The notes under the pieces were generated by a model. The model worked only from the letters and a program-made list of their open reading frames with translations. It made no database searches and was not told the origin of the DNA. From positions 192,001 through 256,000 of the forward strand of contig CAVQNG010000001.1 in the NCBI GenBank assembly GCA_963713825.1: a DNA stretch of 64,000 nt. The letters run 5' to 3'. The DNA is from an uncultured Acidobacteriota bacterium (GTDB taxonomy: Bacteria; Acidobacteriota; Thermoanaerobaculia; Multivoradales; JAHEKO01). A program made the position numbers and the translations under genes. Shown piece by piece: positions 20,081 to 29,413 of this stretch. Numbering within the stretch: position 1 is the stretch's first letter; each line of letters opens with the position of its first letter.

Positions 20081-20152
20081 AGGGTGCACGACCCCAGGCC
20101 GACCGTGGATGATGATTCCGGGTGACGCTGCCTACGGAGTGGGCCCCGAGAC

Positions 20153-20341
20153 TCAGTCAGCCTTGGGACGTTTGAATACCATGGCTATGTTGTCGGTGGC
20201 GCCGCTCTTGAAATTGACCGAGGTGATGGAAATCAACTCCCAGCCTTCTTCGCCCAACACATTCAGCTCGCGGACGGCATTCGGGTCCAGTCGATAGTTC
20301 TCGCTCCGGATGTTGATGATGTGGTATTCCCATTTCGTCAT
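20153..20341 (-). CDS. DUF4177-like small protein
   Basis: KWEY...LN.LG.EGWEL...FKR pattern; AAGGAG RBS. Confidence 0.85.
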   Translation of the reverse strand: MTKWEYHIINIRSENYRLDPNAVRELNVLGEEGWELISITSVNFKSGATDNIAMVFKRPKAD

Positions 20342-20510
20342 AGCTCACGCTCCTTCCCCAGCGGCTCCCATCTGGTGGCTACAGACTCTCTATCCTGAAT
20401 TCTAGCCCAAAACGGTGCTCGAAACAGGCGACTCGATGGGGCTCGTCTTGGCGCTCTATGGTGCTGATTGGCGCACCAACAGGCGCGAAATCGGGCACAA
20501 TAGAGCTGTT

Positions 20511-21200
20511 ATGGACGCTCCAAGGTGCTGTCTGACGGTGTTCACCAAGCCGGCCCGCCCAGGTCTCGTGAAAACGAGATTGTTGGGGGAACTGTCCGCG
20601 GAACAGGCAGCGTTCCTGCACAGCGCGTTCCTTCAGGATCTTCTCGAACGCATGCAGGTTGGAGCATTCGAAACCAGGCTGGCATGGGCTGTTGGTGCGC
20701 AAGAGGCTCTGCCGCAGTCGTCGTTCGAGGCATTTCGGCAGACAGGCGAAGAGTTGGGGGACCGACTCTTCGCGGGACTGAGTGCGATGCTGACAGAGTT
20801 CGAGCTGGTCGCAGCAGTCGGCAGCGATCACCCCGATCTCCCTGCCGCAGTCGTTGGAGAGGCGTTCGGGAGGCTGGCCTCGGGCTGTGATGTGGTGCTA
20901 GGCCCAGCAGCCGATGGTGGCTACTATCTGGTGGGTGTCAAACGGCGAACCATTCGTCGCGCGATGTTCAGCGGTATCGACTGGAGTACTGATCGCGTTC
21001 TGCAGCAAACTCTGGATCGGTGTTACCAATTGGGCCTGAGCGTCGAAGAGCTGACTGTGTTGGAGGATGTGGATACCCCAGCCGACCTCCGACGGTTGGC
21101 TTCGCGGTTGGTCGCCTGCACGGGACCGTCGAGTCCTGCCACCCGGAGTCTGCTCGAGGAGTGGGGGATGATTCCAGTTCTAGGGAGGACCCAAGGATGA
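20511..21200 (+). CDS. DUF2064/TIGR04282 CofC-like transferase
   Basis: FTKP..PG.VKTRL, Q.G.ELG.R, GSD.PDL, LGPA.DGGYYLVG, DVDTP.DL. Confidence 0.85.
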   Translation: MDAPRCCLTVFTKPARPGLVKTRLLGELSAEQAAFLHSAFLQDLLERMQVGAFETRLAWAVGAQEALPQSSFEAFRQTGEELGDRLFAGLSAMLTEFELVAAVGSDHPDLPAAVVGEAFGRLASGCDVVLGPAADGGYYLVGVKRRTIRRAMFSGIDWSTDRVLQQTLDRCYQLGLSVEELTVLEDVDTPADLRRLASRLVACTGPSSPATRSLLEEWGMIPVLGRTQG

Positions 21201-22747
21201 GAATCCTGACCGCCGAGTCGATGAGTCGTGTGGACGAGGTTGCTACGGATGACTTCGGAATTCCGAGCTTGGTGTTGATGGAGAACGCTGCACTCGGATT
21301 GGTCGAGGCCATTGCCTCGAGCTACCCGGAAGTCAGAGCCGTGGCGATCTTCTGTGGCCCAGGCAATAACGGCGGCGACGGACTGGCCCTGGCGAGGCAT
21401 TTGGCCATTCGGGGTTACCACCCGGAGTTGACACTTGTCACCGGTGGCAAGAGCCTGACCGGCGATGCGGGGGTTCAGCTGGAAATTTGTCGGGCTCAGG
21501 GCCTGGAGATTCGAGAGGTCGGGCCTGATGATGGGGTCGAGAGTTGCGTCGATCTGGCCCGGCGGAGCGACCTGGTCGTCGATTCCCTGTTTGGAATTGG
21601 GCTTGGACGACCCCTGGACGGCCAATTCGCAGCCTTGGTGCAGGCCCTGAATAGGCTTCCAGTACCGCGCCTGGCCGTCGATCTGCCGAGCGGTCTCAAG
21701 GGGAGTCTCTCGGAGATACCGGGTCCGCACTTGAAGGCCGATCTGACAGTGACTTTTGGCGCGCCGAAGGTTGCCCATGTGTTCCCACCCTCCTGCGATG
21801 CGGTAGGCGAGGTTGTCGTTGCCGATCTCGGGATCCCGACGGAGATCATCGATGAGGCCGAGGGAGACTTGCACCTGCTGACTGGTGAGGAACTGTCGGT
21901 CGCGTTGGAGCCGCGTGCGGAAGCGAGCCACAAGGGGGACTTTGGACATCTCGTGATTTTGGCGGGGTCTGTGGGCAAGGCGGGGGCTGCAATTCTGGCC
22001 GCACGGGGTGCCGTTCGTAGTGGTGCCGGATTGGTCACGGTAGCGGCGCCAGAAGACATCGTTCAGACGGTGGACCTTGGATCCCTGGAATCGATGAGCT
22101 TGCCTTTGCCGGTGGATGGCTCGAGCGGATTGAGCTCCTCCAGCCGGCAGATATTGCTCGAGTTCTCGGCCGACAAAGAAGCTCTCGCCTTAGGCCCGGG
22201 ACTGGGTCTAGCCGCAACGACAGTCGAGGTCGTCAGACGAACGGTGCTCGAGGTCGAAAGGCCCGTCGTACTGGATGCCGATGGACTGAACGCTTTTGCA
22301 GGGGATCTCGGGGTCTTGTCTGGGCGGACCTCTGCAACGATCCTGACGCCCCACCCGGGGGAATTGGCACGACTTCTGGGCCGGCCAACCGGTCATGTCC
22401 AGCGGGAGAGGGTCACCAGTGCCCAGGAAGCCGCGGTCATGAGTGGTGCAATCGTGGTCTTGAAAGGACACCGGTCGCTCATTGCCTCGCCTGAAGGTGA
22501 GGTATTCGTCAATCCCACCGGCAATCCCGGCATGGCCAGTGGTGGCATGGGAGATGTGTTGACCGGGTTGATCGGCGGATTTCTCGCTCAGGGGTATGAG
22601 CCGCTTGTCGCGGCGCTCCTCGGCACGTATCTGCATGGGTTGGCTGCTGATTTGGCGATCGCGGGAGGGTGTAGCATGGCGGCATTGGCTGCGAGCGATT
22701 TGCTCGCAACGCTCTCTGAGGCATTCTCGGAGCTCGGTGGCACATGA
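21197..22747 (+). CDS. nnr: Bifunctional NAD(P)H-hydrate epimerase/dehydratase
   Basis: LMENA, GPGNNGGDG, DLPSG, HKGDFG, LTPHPGEL, GGMGDVLTG. Confidence 0.95.
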   Translation: MRILTAESMSRVDEVATDDFGIPSLVLMENAALGLVEAIASSYPEVRAVAIFCGPGNNGGDGLALARHLAIRGYHPELTLVTGGKSLTGDAGVQLEICRAQGLEIREVGPDDGVESCVDLARRSDLVVDSLFGIGLGRPLDGQFAALVQALNRLPVPRLAVDLPSGLKGSLSEIPGPHLKADLTVTFGAPKVAHVFPPSCDAVGEVVVADLGIPTEIIDEAEGDLHLLTGEELSVALEPRAEASHKGDFGHLVILAGSVGKAGAAILAARGAVRSGAGLVTVAAPEDIVQTVDLGSLESMSLPLPVDGSSGLSSSSRQILLEFSADKEALALGPGLGLAATTVEVVRRTVLEVERPVVLDADGLNAFAGDLGVLSGRTSATILTPHPGELARLLGRPTGHVQRERVTSAQEAAVMSGAIVVLKGHRSLIASPEGEVFVNPTGNPGMASGGMGDVLTGLIGGFLAQGYEPLVAALLGTYLHGLAADLAIAGGCSMAALAASDLLATLSEAFSELGGT

Positions 22748-23229
22748 GGGTTTGGCGATCGGGCAGCGAAGAGGAGACAAGGGACCTCGGCGTCACTCTG
22801 GGGCGCGAGCTCGTGCCGAATGGAACGCTTCTACTGTCAGGTGAGCTGGGGGCAGGCAAGACGGTGCTGGCGCAAGGGGTGGCAGCCTCGGTCGGTGTTC
22901 CCGCGAACCAGGTCCAGTCGCCGAGCTTTATCTTGATTCGGGAGCATGAGGGATCGGGTGGGCGCTTTGTTCACATCGATCTGTATCGACTGGAGCTTGG
23001 CGAGACAGAGGCCCTGGGGCTAGATGAGCTTTTGGCGGGAGAAGGCGTGAAGGTCGTCGAATGGGCGGAAAGACTGCCGCACGCTCCGACCGCTGCCATG
23101 CATTTGTCGATTCACGTTGATCGGGAGAGTCTCGAACGAGAGATCGTCGAGACTCGGCCTGGTCAACAGGAAGAGTTCGTGGAGAGTTCGATCCTTCAGG
23201 GGCGGAACATTCAGGAGGACGATAGATGA
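22744..23229 (+). CDS. tsaE: t6A biosynthesis ATPase TsaE
   Basis: GELGAGKT, VQSPSF, HIDLYRL, VVEWAE. Confidence 0.95.
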   Translation: MRVWRSGSEEETRDLGVTLGRELVPNGTLLLSGELGAGKTVLAQGVAASVGVPANQVQSPSFILIREHEGSGGRFVHIDLYRLELGETEALGLDELLAGEGVKVVEWAERLPHAPTAAMHLSIHVDRESLEREIVETRPGQQEEFVESSILQGRNIQEDDR

Positions 23230-24083
23230 CGATCAAGAAGGTCGGAGTTCTGGGCTGTGGGCTGATGGGGGCTGGGATTGCCGAAGTTTGCGCGAAGGCG
23301 GGTCACACGACAGTGATTCGCGAAGTGGACGAGAGTTTTCTCGAGCGGGGTATGCAACGAATCGAGCGCTCTCTGGGCAAGGCTGTCGACAAGGGTAAGC
23401 TCGACGCCGAGCAGCGGGATGCCGCTCTGTCACGGATTTCGGGGACAACCGAGCTCGAGCCCCTTGCCGACTGTGACCTGGTCGTGGAGGCCATCATCGA
23501 GCGCTTGGAGGAGAAGGTCGAGACCTTCGCGGCGCTCGACAAGACCGTTCAAGGGCAAGCGCTGTTCGCCAGCAATACCTCGTCCTTGACCATTACCCAG
23601 CTGGCGATGGCCACGAATCGGACCGATCGATTCGTCGGCCTGCACTTCTTCAATCCGGTACCGGTGATGAAGCTCGTCGAAGTCGTCCGCACGTTGATGA
23701 CGAGCGACGAGGCGATGCAGCGAGCCCTCGACTTCGTCACAGGCCTCGGAAAAGAGGGAGTCTCCTGCAGGGATAACTCGGGTTTCATTGTCAATCGGCT
23801 CCTGGTTCCCTATCTCCTCGATTCCATCAGGGCCCTCGAGGAGGGGGTGGGTTCGATCGAAGACATCGACAAGGCCATGCAGCTGGGCTGCGGATATCCC
23901 ATGGGTCCTCTGACATTGCTGGACTTCGTGGGCTTGGACACTACCTACTACATCGCCAACATCATGTTCGAGGAGTACAGAGAGAAGCGCTTCGCGCCGC
24001 CACCGCTGCTCAAGCAGATGGTGCAGGCGGGAAGGTGTGGACGCAAGAGTGGTAGGGGGTTCTACGACTACGGTCAGAAGTGA
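23226..24083 (+). CDS. hbd: 3-hydroxybutyryl/3-hydroxyacyl-CoA dehydrogenase
   Basis: GCGLMGAGIA, SNTSSL, GLHFFNPVP, GFIVNRLL, PMGPL.L.D.VGLD. Confidence 0.93.
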   Translation: MTIKKVGVLGCGLMGAGIAEVCAKAGHTTVIREVDESFLERGMQRIERSLGKAVDKGKLDAEQRDAALSRISGTTELEPLADCDLVVEAIIERLEEKVETFAALDKTVQGQALFASNTSSLTITQLAMATNRTDRFVGLHFFNPVPVMKLVEVVRTLMTSDEAMQRALDFVTGLGKEGVSCRDNSGFIVNRLLVPYLLDSIRALEEGVGSIEDIDKAMQLGCGYPMGPLTLLDFVGLDTTYYIANIMFEEYREKRFAPPPLLKQMVQAGRCGRKSGRGFYDYGQK

Positions 24084-24129
24084 GTCTCACCGGCGGTGGC
24101 TGGCGTTCATGTGGATAGCCATCGACTCT

Positions 24130-24138
24130 TGTTAGACT
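24130..24138 (+). promoter_or_regulatory. Extended -10 promoter TG-T-TAGACT
   Basis: TGn + TAnnnT match, ending 8 nt before the first base of the long stem. Confidence 0.55.
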
Positions 24139-24146
24139 CAAACTGT

Positions 24147-24336
24147 GATGGAAGTTGCCCCAGTGGTCTGCGAGCAGCTGCCCGCGAGGCGCCTTCGGGC
24201 GACCGCAGAGACGCCCGATATCAGAGGAGGCTCGTACCATCTCTGAGGCGGCGGGCGATCCCAGCCATTTATCGGTGCGGCGACGGCCGCCAGTGAATCC
24301 TCGATGTCGATCGCGGAAGATCGTCGTTGTTCCATC
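24147..24336 (+). ncRNA. Candidate ~190-nt rod-like structured RNA (6S-like RNA or phoH-operon leader)
   Basis: Six nested complementary segments, from GATGGAA/TTCCATC to TCAGAG/CTCTGA, in a gap with no convincing ORF. Confidence 0.5.
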
Positions 24337-24366
24337 CTGTGAACGGATCCGGCGTGTCGTAAAGCC

Positions 24367-25353
24367 ATGAAGACAGTGACTATCGCGGAAGATCGTCTCG
24401 AGGTGCTGTTCGGCACCCGGGACGAGAACATCAAACGTATCGAGCGCGCCTTTGGCGTCAGTGTGACAGCCCGAGGGGGCCAAGTCCGAGTCGAAGGAGA
24501 GGAAGGTCCAGCAGTCCTGGCAGGAACCCTCCTAGAGCAATTGTCGCATCTACTGGAATCGGGCTTCCCACTTCAACCGACGGATGTGGAAACTTCGATT
24601 CGGGTATTGCAGGAAGAGCCGACGACGTCGCTGGTGGAGTTCTTCCTGGGCGATGGCGTTCTGGGCACGGTGCGGAGACTGGTACGGCCCCGCAGTCTGA
24701 GTCAGCAGATCTATCTCCAGGCGATGTCCGATTTCGATCTGGTCATCAGTATCGGACCGGCTGGAACCGGCAAGACCTACCTTGCCGTGGCGATGGCGGC
24801 TGCAGCTCTGAAGGAGAGGCTGGTGCGTAGGATCATCCTGGCCCGTCCTGCTGTGGAAGCCGGCGAACGGCTCGGGTTTCTGCCAGGAGATCTAGTGGAA
24901 AAGGTCAACCCCTATCTTCGCCCGCTCTATGATGCTCTCTACGACATCTTGGGATTCGACAAGGTGGGGCGGTTGATGGAGAGAGGAACCATCGAGGTAG
25001 CTCCCATCGCTTTCATGCGGGGCCGGACGCTCAACGACAGCTTCATCATTCTAGATGAGGCACAGAACACCACCAGCGAGCAGATGAAGATGTTCTTGAC
25101 CCGTATCGGCTTCAACTCGAAGGCGGTGATCAACGGTGACATTACACAGATCGATCTCCCCTCTGGTAGGACCTCGGGCCTCAATCAGGCGAGACAAGTC
25201 CTGAAGTCGGTGGCAGGGATCAAGTTCATTCGATTTACGGAGAAAGATGTGGTCCGGCACCGACTCGTGCAGAAGATCGTCCGGGCCTATGACCAGTTCG
25301 ACCAGCAGAAGGCGGCTGCTGAGAACGAGCAGGGAAGCCACCATGAGTCGTGA
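24367..25353 (+). CDS. phoH: PhoH-family ATPase (YbeZ type, N-terminal KH-like domain)
   Basis: GPAGTGKTYLA, RPAVEAGE.LGFLPG, MRGRTL, DEAQN, GD.TQIDLP. Confidence 0.95.
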   Translation: MKTVTIAEDRLEVLFGTRDENIKRIERAFGVSVTARGGQVRVEGEEGPAVLAGTLLEQLSHLLESGFPLQPTDVETSIRVLQEEPTTSLVEFFLGDGVLGTVRRLVRPRSLSQQIYLQAMSDFDLVISIGPAGTGKTYLAVAMAAAALKERLVRRIILARPAVEAGERLGFLPGDLVEKVNPYLRPLYDALYDILGFDKVGRLMERGTIEVAPIAFMRGRTLNDSFIILDEAQNTTSEQMKMFLTRIGFNSKAVINGDITQIDLPSGRTSGLNQARQVLKSVAGIKFIRFTEKDVVRHRLVQKIVRAYDQFDQQKAAAENEQGSHHES

Positions 25354-25780
25354 TTTGGAGCTGGTCTTCCAGAATCCCGGGAGGTTTCGCGAGAGCAGGG
25401 CCCCACATCTTCGACGATGGCTCAGCGGCCTGGTGAAAGAGGTCGCCCCGCAGGCGGACAGCTTTGCCGTCAACTTCGTCAGTGAGGACGAGATGCGTCA
25501 GTTGAATCGAGTATTTCGAGATCGCGACGCACCGACCGACGTTCTCAGTTTTCCGGGTGAAACGAGTGCAGAGGGGTGCCACCTTGGTGATGTGGCGATC
25601 TCGGTCGAGGCCGCGAGACGCCAAGCCGGGGACAGAGGAAGGTCTTCGTACCGCGAGGTTCAGACCTTACTCCTGCATGGAGTGCTGCACTGTTTGGGCT
25701 ACGACCACGAAACCGACAACGGCGATATGAGTCGATTGGAATTTCGTTTGCGCCGCAACTGGATTCGCGATGACGAGTAG
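25343..25780 (+). CDS. ybeY: rRNA maturation factor YbeY
   Basis: LNR.FR..D.PTDVLSF, LGDV.IS, HGVLHCLGYDH. Confidence 0.95.
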   Translation: MSRDLELVFQNPGRFRESRAPHLRRWLSGLVKEVAPQADSFAVNFVSEDEMRQLNRVFRDRDAPTDVLSFPGETSAEGCHLGDVAISVEAARRQAGDRGRSSYREVQTLLLHGVLHCLGYDHETDNGDMSRLEFRLRRNWIRDDE

Positions 25781-27029
25781 CTCCCTGATGTCCGCCAGCC
25801 TTCTGGCCCTCGCTCTGGCGGTCTTCACCGTGCTCGTGCAGGTTCTCGCCGCGCTGCTCGACCGTAGTGGCCCGATTCGCCTGCGCTACTGGGCGGAGGA
25901 GGCGAGTGGGCGAGTCTTGGGACTGTTCGAGGAACCGCTCAAGTTCGAGGTCTTTCGGTACCTGCTGAGCTGGTTGGCGAGGATGGCGACCGTGGCGCTG
26001 TTCCTGGTCCTGCTGGCGGTAACTCGGGGTCTCTGGTCGCCGCCATGGCTCGCGGCGATCGTCACAGTGGGACTGATTCTCGGCGCTACGGAATTGGTGA
26101 TTCGATCGTTGGTCGGTCGGGATCCGGAGCGGGCCTTGCGCCGCTTCACTGGTATTTACCGTGTCGCGTTGTTTTTCTCGATGCCGTTGATCTCGGTCCT
26201 GGCACCGCTGATGCCAGCAGCTGTCGTAGAACGAAGGGAGGATGAGGGCGAGGTCACCGAAGACGAGATCGAGGCGTTCCTGGATGTGGGAACCCGCGAA
26301 GGGATCTTGGAGCCGGGCGAGGACGACCTCATTCAACGCGTCATTGATTTCGGGGATACGATCGTAAGAAGTGTGGTGACCCCTCGCATCGACATGGTGT
26401 GCGCGCCTGTCACCTCGAGCCTGGAGACACTGGCAGAGCTCTTTCTGTCTTCGAAGCACTCCAGGATTCCGGTCTTCGAGAAATCGGTGGATCACATTGT
26501 CGGCATTCTGCACATCCGTGACCTTCTCGCGGGCCTCAGAGACGACGCAGCTCCGAGTGCTGTCGAATTGGCCATGGAGCCCTACTTCGTGCCAGAAACG
26601 AAACCACTCAACGAGCTGCTGAGCGAATTCCAGGCCCTGCATCTGCAGATGGCGATTGTTGTCGATGAGTACGGCGGCACCTCCGGCATGGTGACAGTCG
26701 AGGATCTACTGGAGGAGATCGTCGGAGAGATCGAAGACGAGCACGATGAGTCGGCACCCGTGAACGAGCAACTCGAGAATGGTGGCTGGCGACTCGATGG
26801 ACGAGTTCCCGTCGAGAGCTTGGACGAGCTTTTCGATGTCGAGCTCGAAGAGGAGGCCTTCGAGACCATCGGCGGGCTGATCTTCGGAACCCTCGGGTAC
26901 GTGCCTCAGCCTGGGGAGAGCCTGGAGATCGGCGGACTCGAATTTCAAATCGAGAGTGTCGAGCAACGCCGAATCAAGTCGGTTGCCGTGCGCCTTTTGC
27001 CACCGGTCGATGAAGGGGAGGCGAAGTGA
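25770..27029 (+). CDS. CNNM/CBS/CorC-HlyC (hemolysin-family) membrane protein
   Basis: N-terminal TM region, TPRIDM, HSRIPV, VVDEYGGT.G.VTVEDLLEEIVGEI.DEHD, TIGG. Confidence 0.9.
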   Translation: MTSSSLMSASLLALALAVFTVLVQVLAALLDRSGPIRLRYWAEEASGRVLGLFEEPLKFEVFRYLLSWLARMATVALFLVLLAVTRGLWSPPWLAAIVTVGLILGATELVIRSLVGRDPERALRRFTGIYRVALFFSMPLISVLAPLMPAAVVERREDEGEVTEDEIEAFLDVGTREGILEPGEDDLIQRVIDFGDTIVRSVVTPRIDMVCAPVTSSLETLAELFLSSKHSRIPVFEKSVDHIVGILHIRDLLAGLRDDAAPSAVELAMEPYFVPETKPLNELLSEFQALHLQMAIVVDEYGGTSGMVTVEDLLEEIVGEIEDEHDESAPVNEQLENGGWRLDGRVPVESLDELFDVELEEEAFETIGGLIFGTLGYVPQPGESLEIGGLEFQIESVEQRRIKSVAVRLLPPVDEGEAK

Positions 27030-27982
27030 ACGACTCCGATCTCGGTAGCGGCGGGGGTGTGTCCCGCGTGATGCGGGCCGGCACCGTCGGCTTGGTCGGC
27101 CGTCCGAACGCCGGGAAGTCCACCCTCATGAACCGTTGTCTGCAGGAGAAGCTGGCGATTACCTCCGACAAGCCTCAAACGACGCGACAGAGGCTCGTCG
27201 GTATCCTGAGCGGAGATCGGGGCCAGATGGTGTTCCAGGATACACCTGGCATCCATCGCCCCAAACACAGGATGAACCGGCAGATGGTTCGCTACGCCGT
27301 CGAGGCGCTGGGCGATTCGGACGTTGTTTGCATGATGACGGACGTGCACCAGTCGTTCGGATCCGGCGAACGGTACCTCCTTGACCTCGTAGCCAAGGCT
27401 GAAGGTCCTCGAGTTGCGGTCCTGAACAAGGTCGACCTGGTCAGCAAGCCGAGCCTGTTACCCCGCATAGCCCTTTACTCGGAGACGGGGCTCTTCGACG
27501 AGATCGTCCCGATCAGTGCATTGACCGGGGATGGAGTCGATCTGCTCTTGGACCTCCTGTGGGGCTTCCTGCCCGAGGGTGATCCAATCTACGACCCGGC
27601 TCTGCTCACCATTCACCCGGAGCGGTTCCTGGTTTCCGAGCTGATTCGAGAGAAGGTCCTTGCCGCGACACGAGAGGAGTTGCCCTTTTCGACGGCGGTC
27701 CTCTTGGAGCAGTGGGAGGAACCTGAGGGATCCGAAAGCGAGCGCGGGACAGTGAGGATCTTTGCTTCCATCCTGGTGGAGAAGTCGGGCCAAAAGAAGA
27801 TTCTGGTCGGTAGCAAGGGCTCGATGATCAAAGAGATCGGCACCTTGGCACGCCTCGAACTCGAGGAATTTCTCGGCCGGCCCGTCTATCTGAAGCTCAA
27901 CGTCAGGCACGAGGCTGGCTGGCGGGAGAACCAGCGGCTCCTGGCAGAGTTGGAGGGGCAGGCCGCCAGCTGGAGCCGTTAG
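27026..27982 (+). CDS. era: GTPase Era
   Basis: GRPNAGKSTL, KPQTTR, DTPG, NKVD, KH domain. Confidence 0.96.
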   Translation: MNDSDLGSGGGVSRVMRAGTVGLVGRPNAGKSTLMNRCLQEKLAITSDKPQTTRQRLVGILSGDRGQMVFQDTPGIHRPKHRMNRQMVRYAVEALGDSDVVCMMTDVHQSFGSGERYLLDLVAKAEGPRVAVLNKVDLVSKPSLLPRIALYSETGLFDEIVPISALTGDGVDLLLDLLWGFLPEGDPIYDPALLTIHPERFLVSELIREKVLAATREELPFSTAVLLEQWEEPEGSESERGTVRIFASILVEKSGQKKILVGSKGSMIKEIGTLARLELEEFLGRPVYLKLNVRHEAGWRENQRLLAELEGQAASWSR

Positions 27983-28015
27983 GCTCCGTCCCGTTGCACC
28001 GACGGCTTCGGTGCC

Positions 28016-29308
28016 TCAGTCCTTCTTGTTGGTGTCGAGCTTCCGGAAGGCGTCAGCCAGGGCGTTGAAACCCTGCGTGGGCTCACTCTGGCGCTGCTCC
28101 CGAACGTAGCTCTTGTAGTCGTTGCGACTGCCCTCGAGGGCGGAACCCTCGAGAGTGAGCGAGATCCGCTGACGACGTGAGTCCACCGATACGATCTGCA
28201 CCTGGACCTCCTTGCCGGGGGGGTAGACCCGTGCCAGCGAGGCGTCGCGAGGCAGCGAAATGACGGCGGCCGGCAGCAGTCCGGTGAGTCCTGGCTCCAG
28301 CTCGATGAAGGCCCCAAAGCTGGTTGTTTTCTCGACCTTGCCGGTGACAACGCTGCCGTCGGGAAATCGATCGTGAATCTCCTGCCAGGGGTCGGGCTCC
28401 AGGGCGCGCATGGACAGTGATATACGCCGTCCCCCTTTCTCGAGCTTCAAGATCTTGACTTCGACCTCCTGGCCGACCTCGAGGACATCGCTCGGATGCT
28501 CGATTCGCTGCCGGCTCATCTCGGAGACGTGCACCAGTCCCTGAACACCGCCGAGATCGACGAAAGCTCCGAAGTCCGTAAGGCTGGCGACACGGCCCGT
28601 CACCACACTGCCGGCTGTCAGTTTGCCACGTGCCTCCGAGCGAACCTTGGCCCGCTCACCGCGCAAAAGGGCAGCTCTCGAGAGGACGACCCTGCGCCCC
28701 TTCTTCTGGACTCTCAGAACCTGGAACTCGAGGGTCTTGTCCAGGTACTCACTGGGATCCTTGGCGGCGCCGAGCTCCATTTCAGAGCGCGGACAAAAAG
28801 CTGTTGTCGACCCGACGACGACGTGAAAGCCACCGTTGTTCCAGCCAATGACGCGTCCCTCGATCTCCGCCTTGTCTTGCATGGCCTGACGTAGGGATCG
28901 TACTTCCTCGTTCTCCCCGGTGGCTGCAGAATCGCTGTCTGCCTTCTTCGGCTCCGGGACGGTCTCGGCCACGGCTGTTGCTGCGGGAACGGTTGCGTCG
29001 CTCGATGCGACCTCGGTCGTTGCTTCGGAAGTGACTTCTTCGCTCGATTCGACTTCGGTCGTAGCTTCGGCAGCGACTGCCTCGCCCTCCACCACAGTCT
29101 CGGCAGCGACCTCTTCGCCCGCCTCGCCCTCCACCACAGTCTCGGCAGCGACTTCCTCGCCCGCCACGACCGCAGGAGTAGTTTCGGTGGTTTCTTCGGA
29201 GGAGTCGGTCATTTCAACAGGGCTGGCGTCTTCCTCCAACGGAGGCGAGACGGATTCCGAGGGTTCCTCAGGCAGGGCAGATGGGGATTCGACGTCTTTT
29301 TGACTCAC
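28016..29308 (-). CDS. S1-domain RNA-binding protein (three S1 domains, long acidic N-terminal extension)
   Basis: NNGGFHV...AFCP.SE, FGAFVDLGGVQGLVHVSE, FGAFIELEPGLTGL. Confidence 0.85.
   Translation of the reverse strand: MSQKDVESPSALPEEPSESVSPPLEEDASPVEMTDSSEETTETTPAVVAGEEVAAETVVEGEAGEEVAAETVVEGEAVAAEATTEVESSEEVTSEATTEVASSDATVPAATAVAETVPEPKKADSDSAATGENEEVRSLRQAMQDKAEIEGRVIGWNNGGFHVVVGSTTAFCPRSEMELGAAKDPSEYLDKTLEFQVLRVQKKGRRVVLSRAALLRGERAKVRSEARGKLTAGSVVTGRVASLTDFGAFVDLGGVQGLVHVSEMSRQRIEHPSDVLEVGQEVEVKILKLEKGGRRISLSMRALEPDPWQEIHDRFPDGSVVTGKVEKTTSFGAFIELEPGLTGLLPAAVISLPRDASLARVYPPGKEVQVQIVSVDSRRQRISLTLEGSALEGSRNDYKSYVREQRQSEPTQGFNALADAFRKLDTNKKD
29079..29162. repeat. Two near-identical 42-bp tandem copies, in frame within the S1 protein N-terminus (GEEVAAETVVEGEA x2)
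   Basis: gcctcgccctccaccacagtctcggcagcgac(ctct/ttcc)tcgccc at 29079-29120 and 29121-29162. Confidence 0.92.
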
Positions 29309-29413
29309 GATGCGACGACCAGACTTATCGAGTAGGGGTGTGGGGCACGACGACTGTGACCGAGAAACCCTATCATAACCGACCGTCGTGCGGACAGTGA
29401 ATAACCCGGCATG

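Noticed and set aside
24096-24434. Small ORFs (66-98 aa) in the hbd-phoH gap
   Set aside because: No motifs or convincing RBS; the promoter plus nested helices explain the gap better.
29079-29162. Direct repeats as a CRISPR-like array
   Set aside because: Two adjacent in-frame copies without spacers inside a CDS, and no cas genes.
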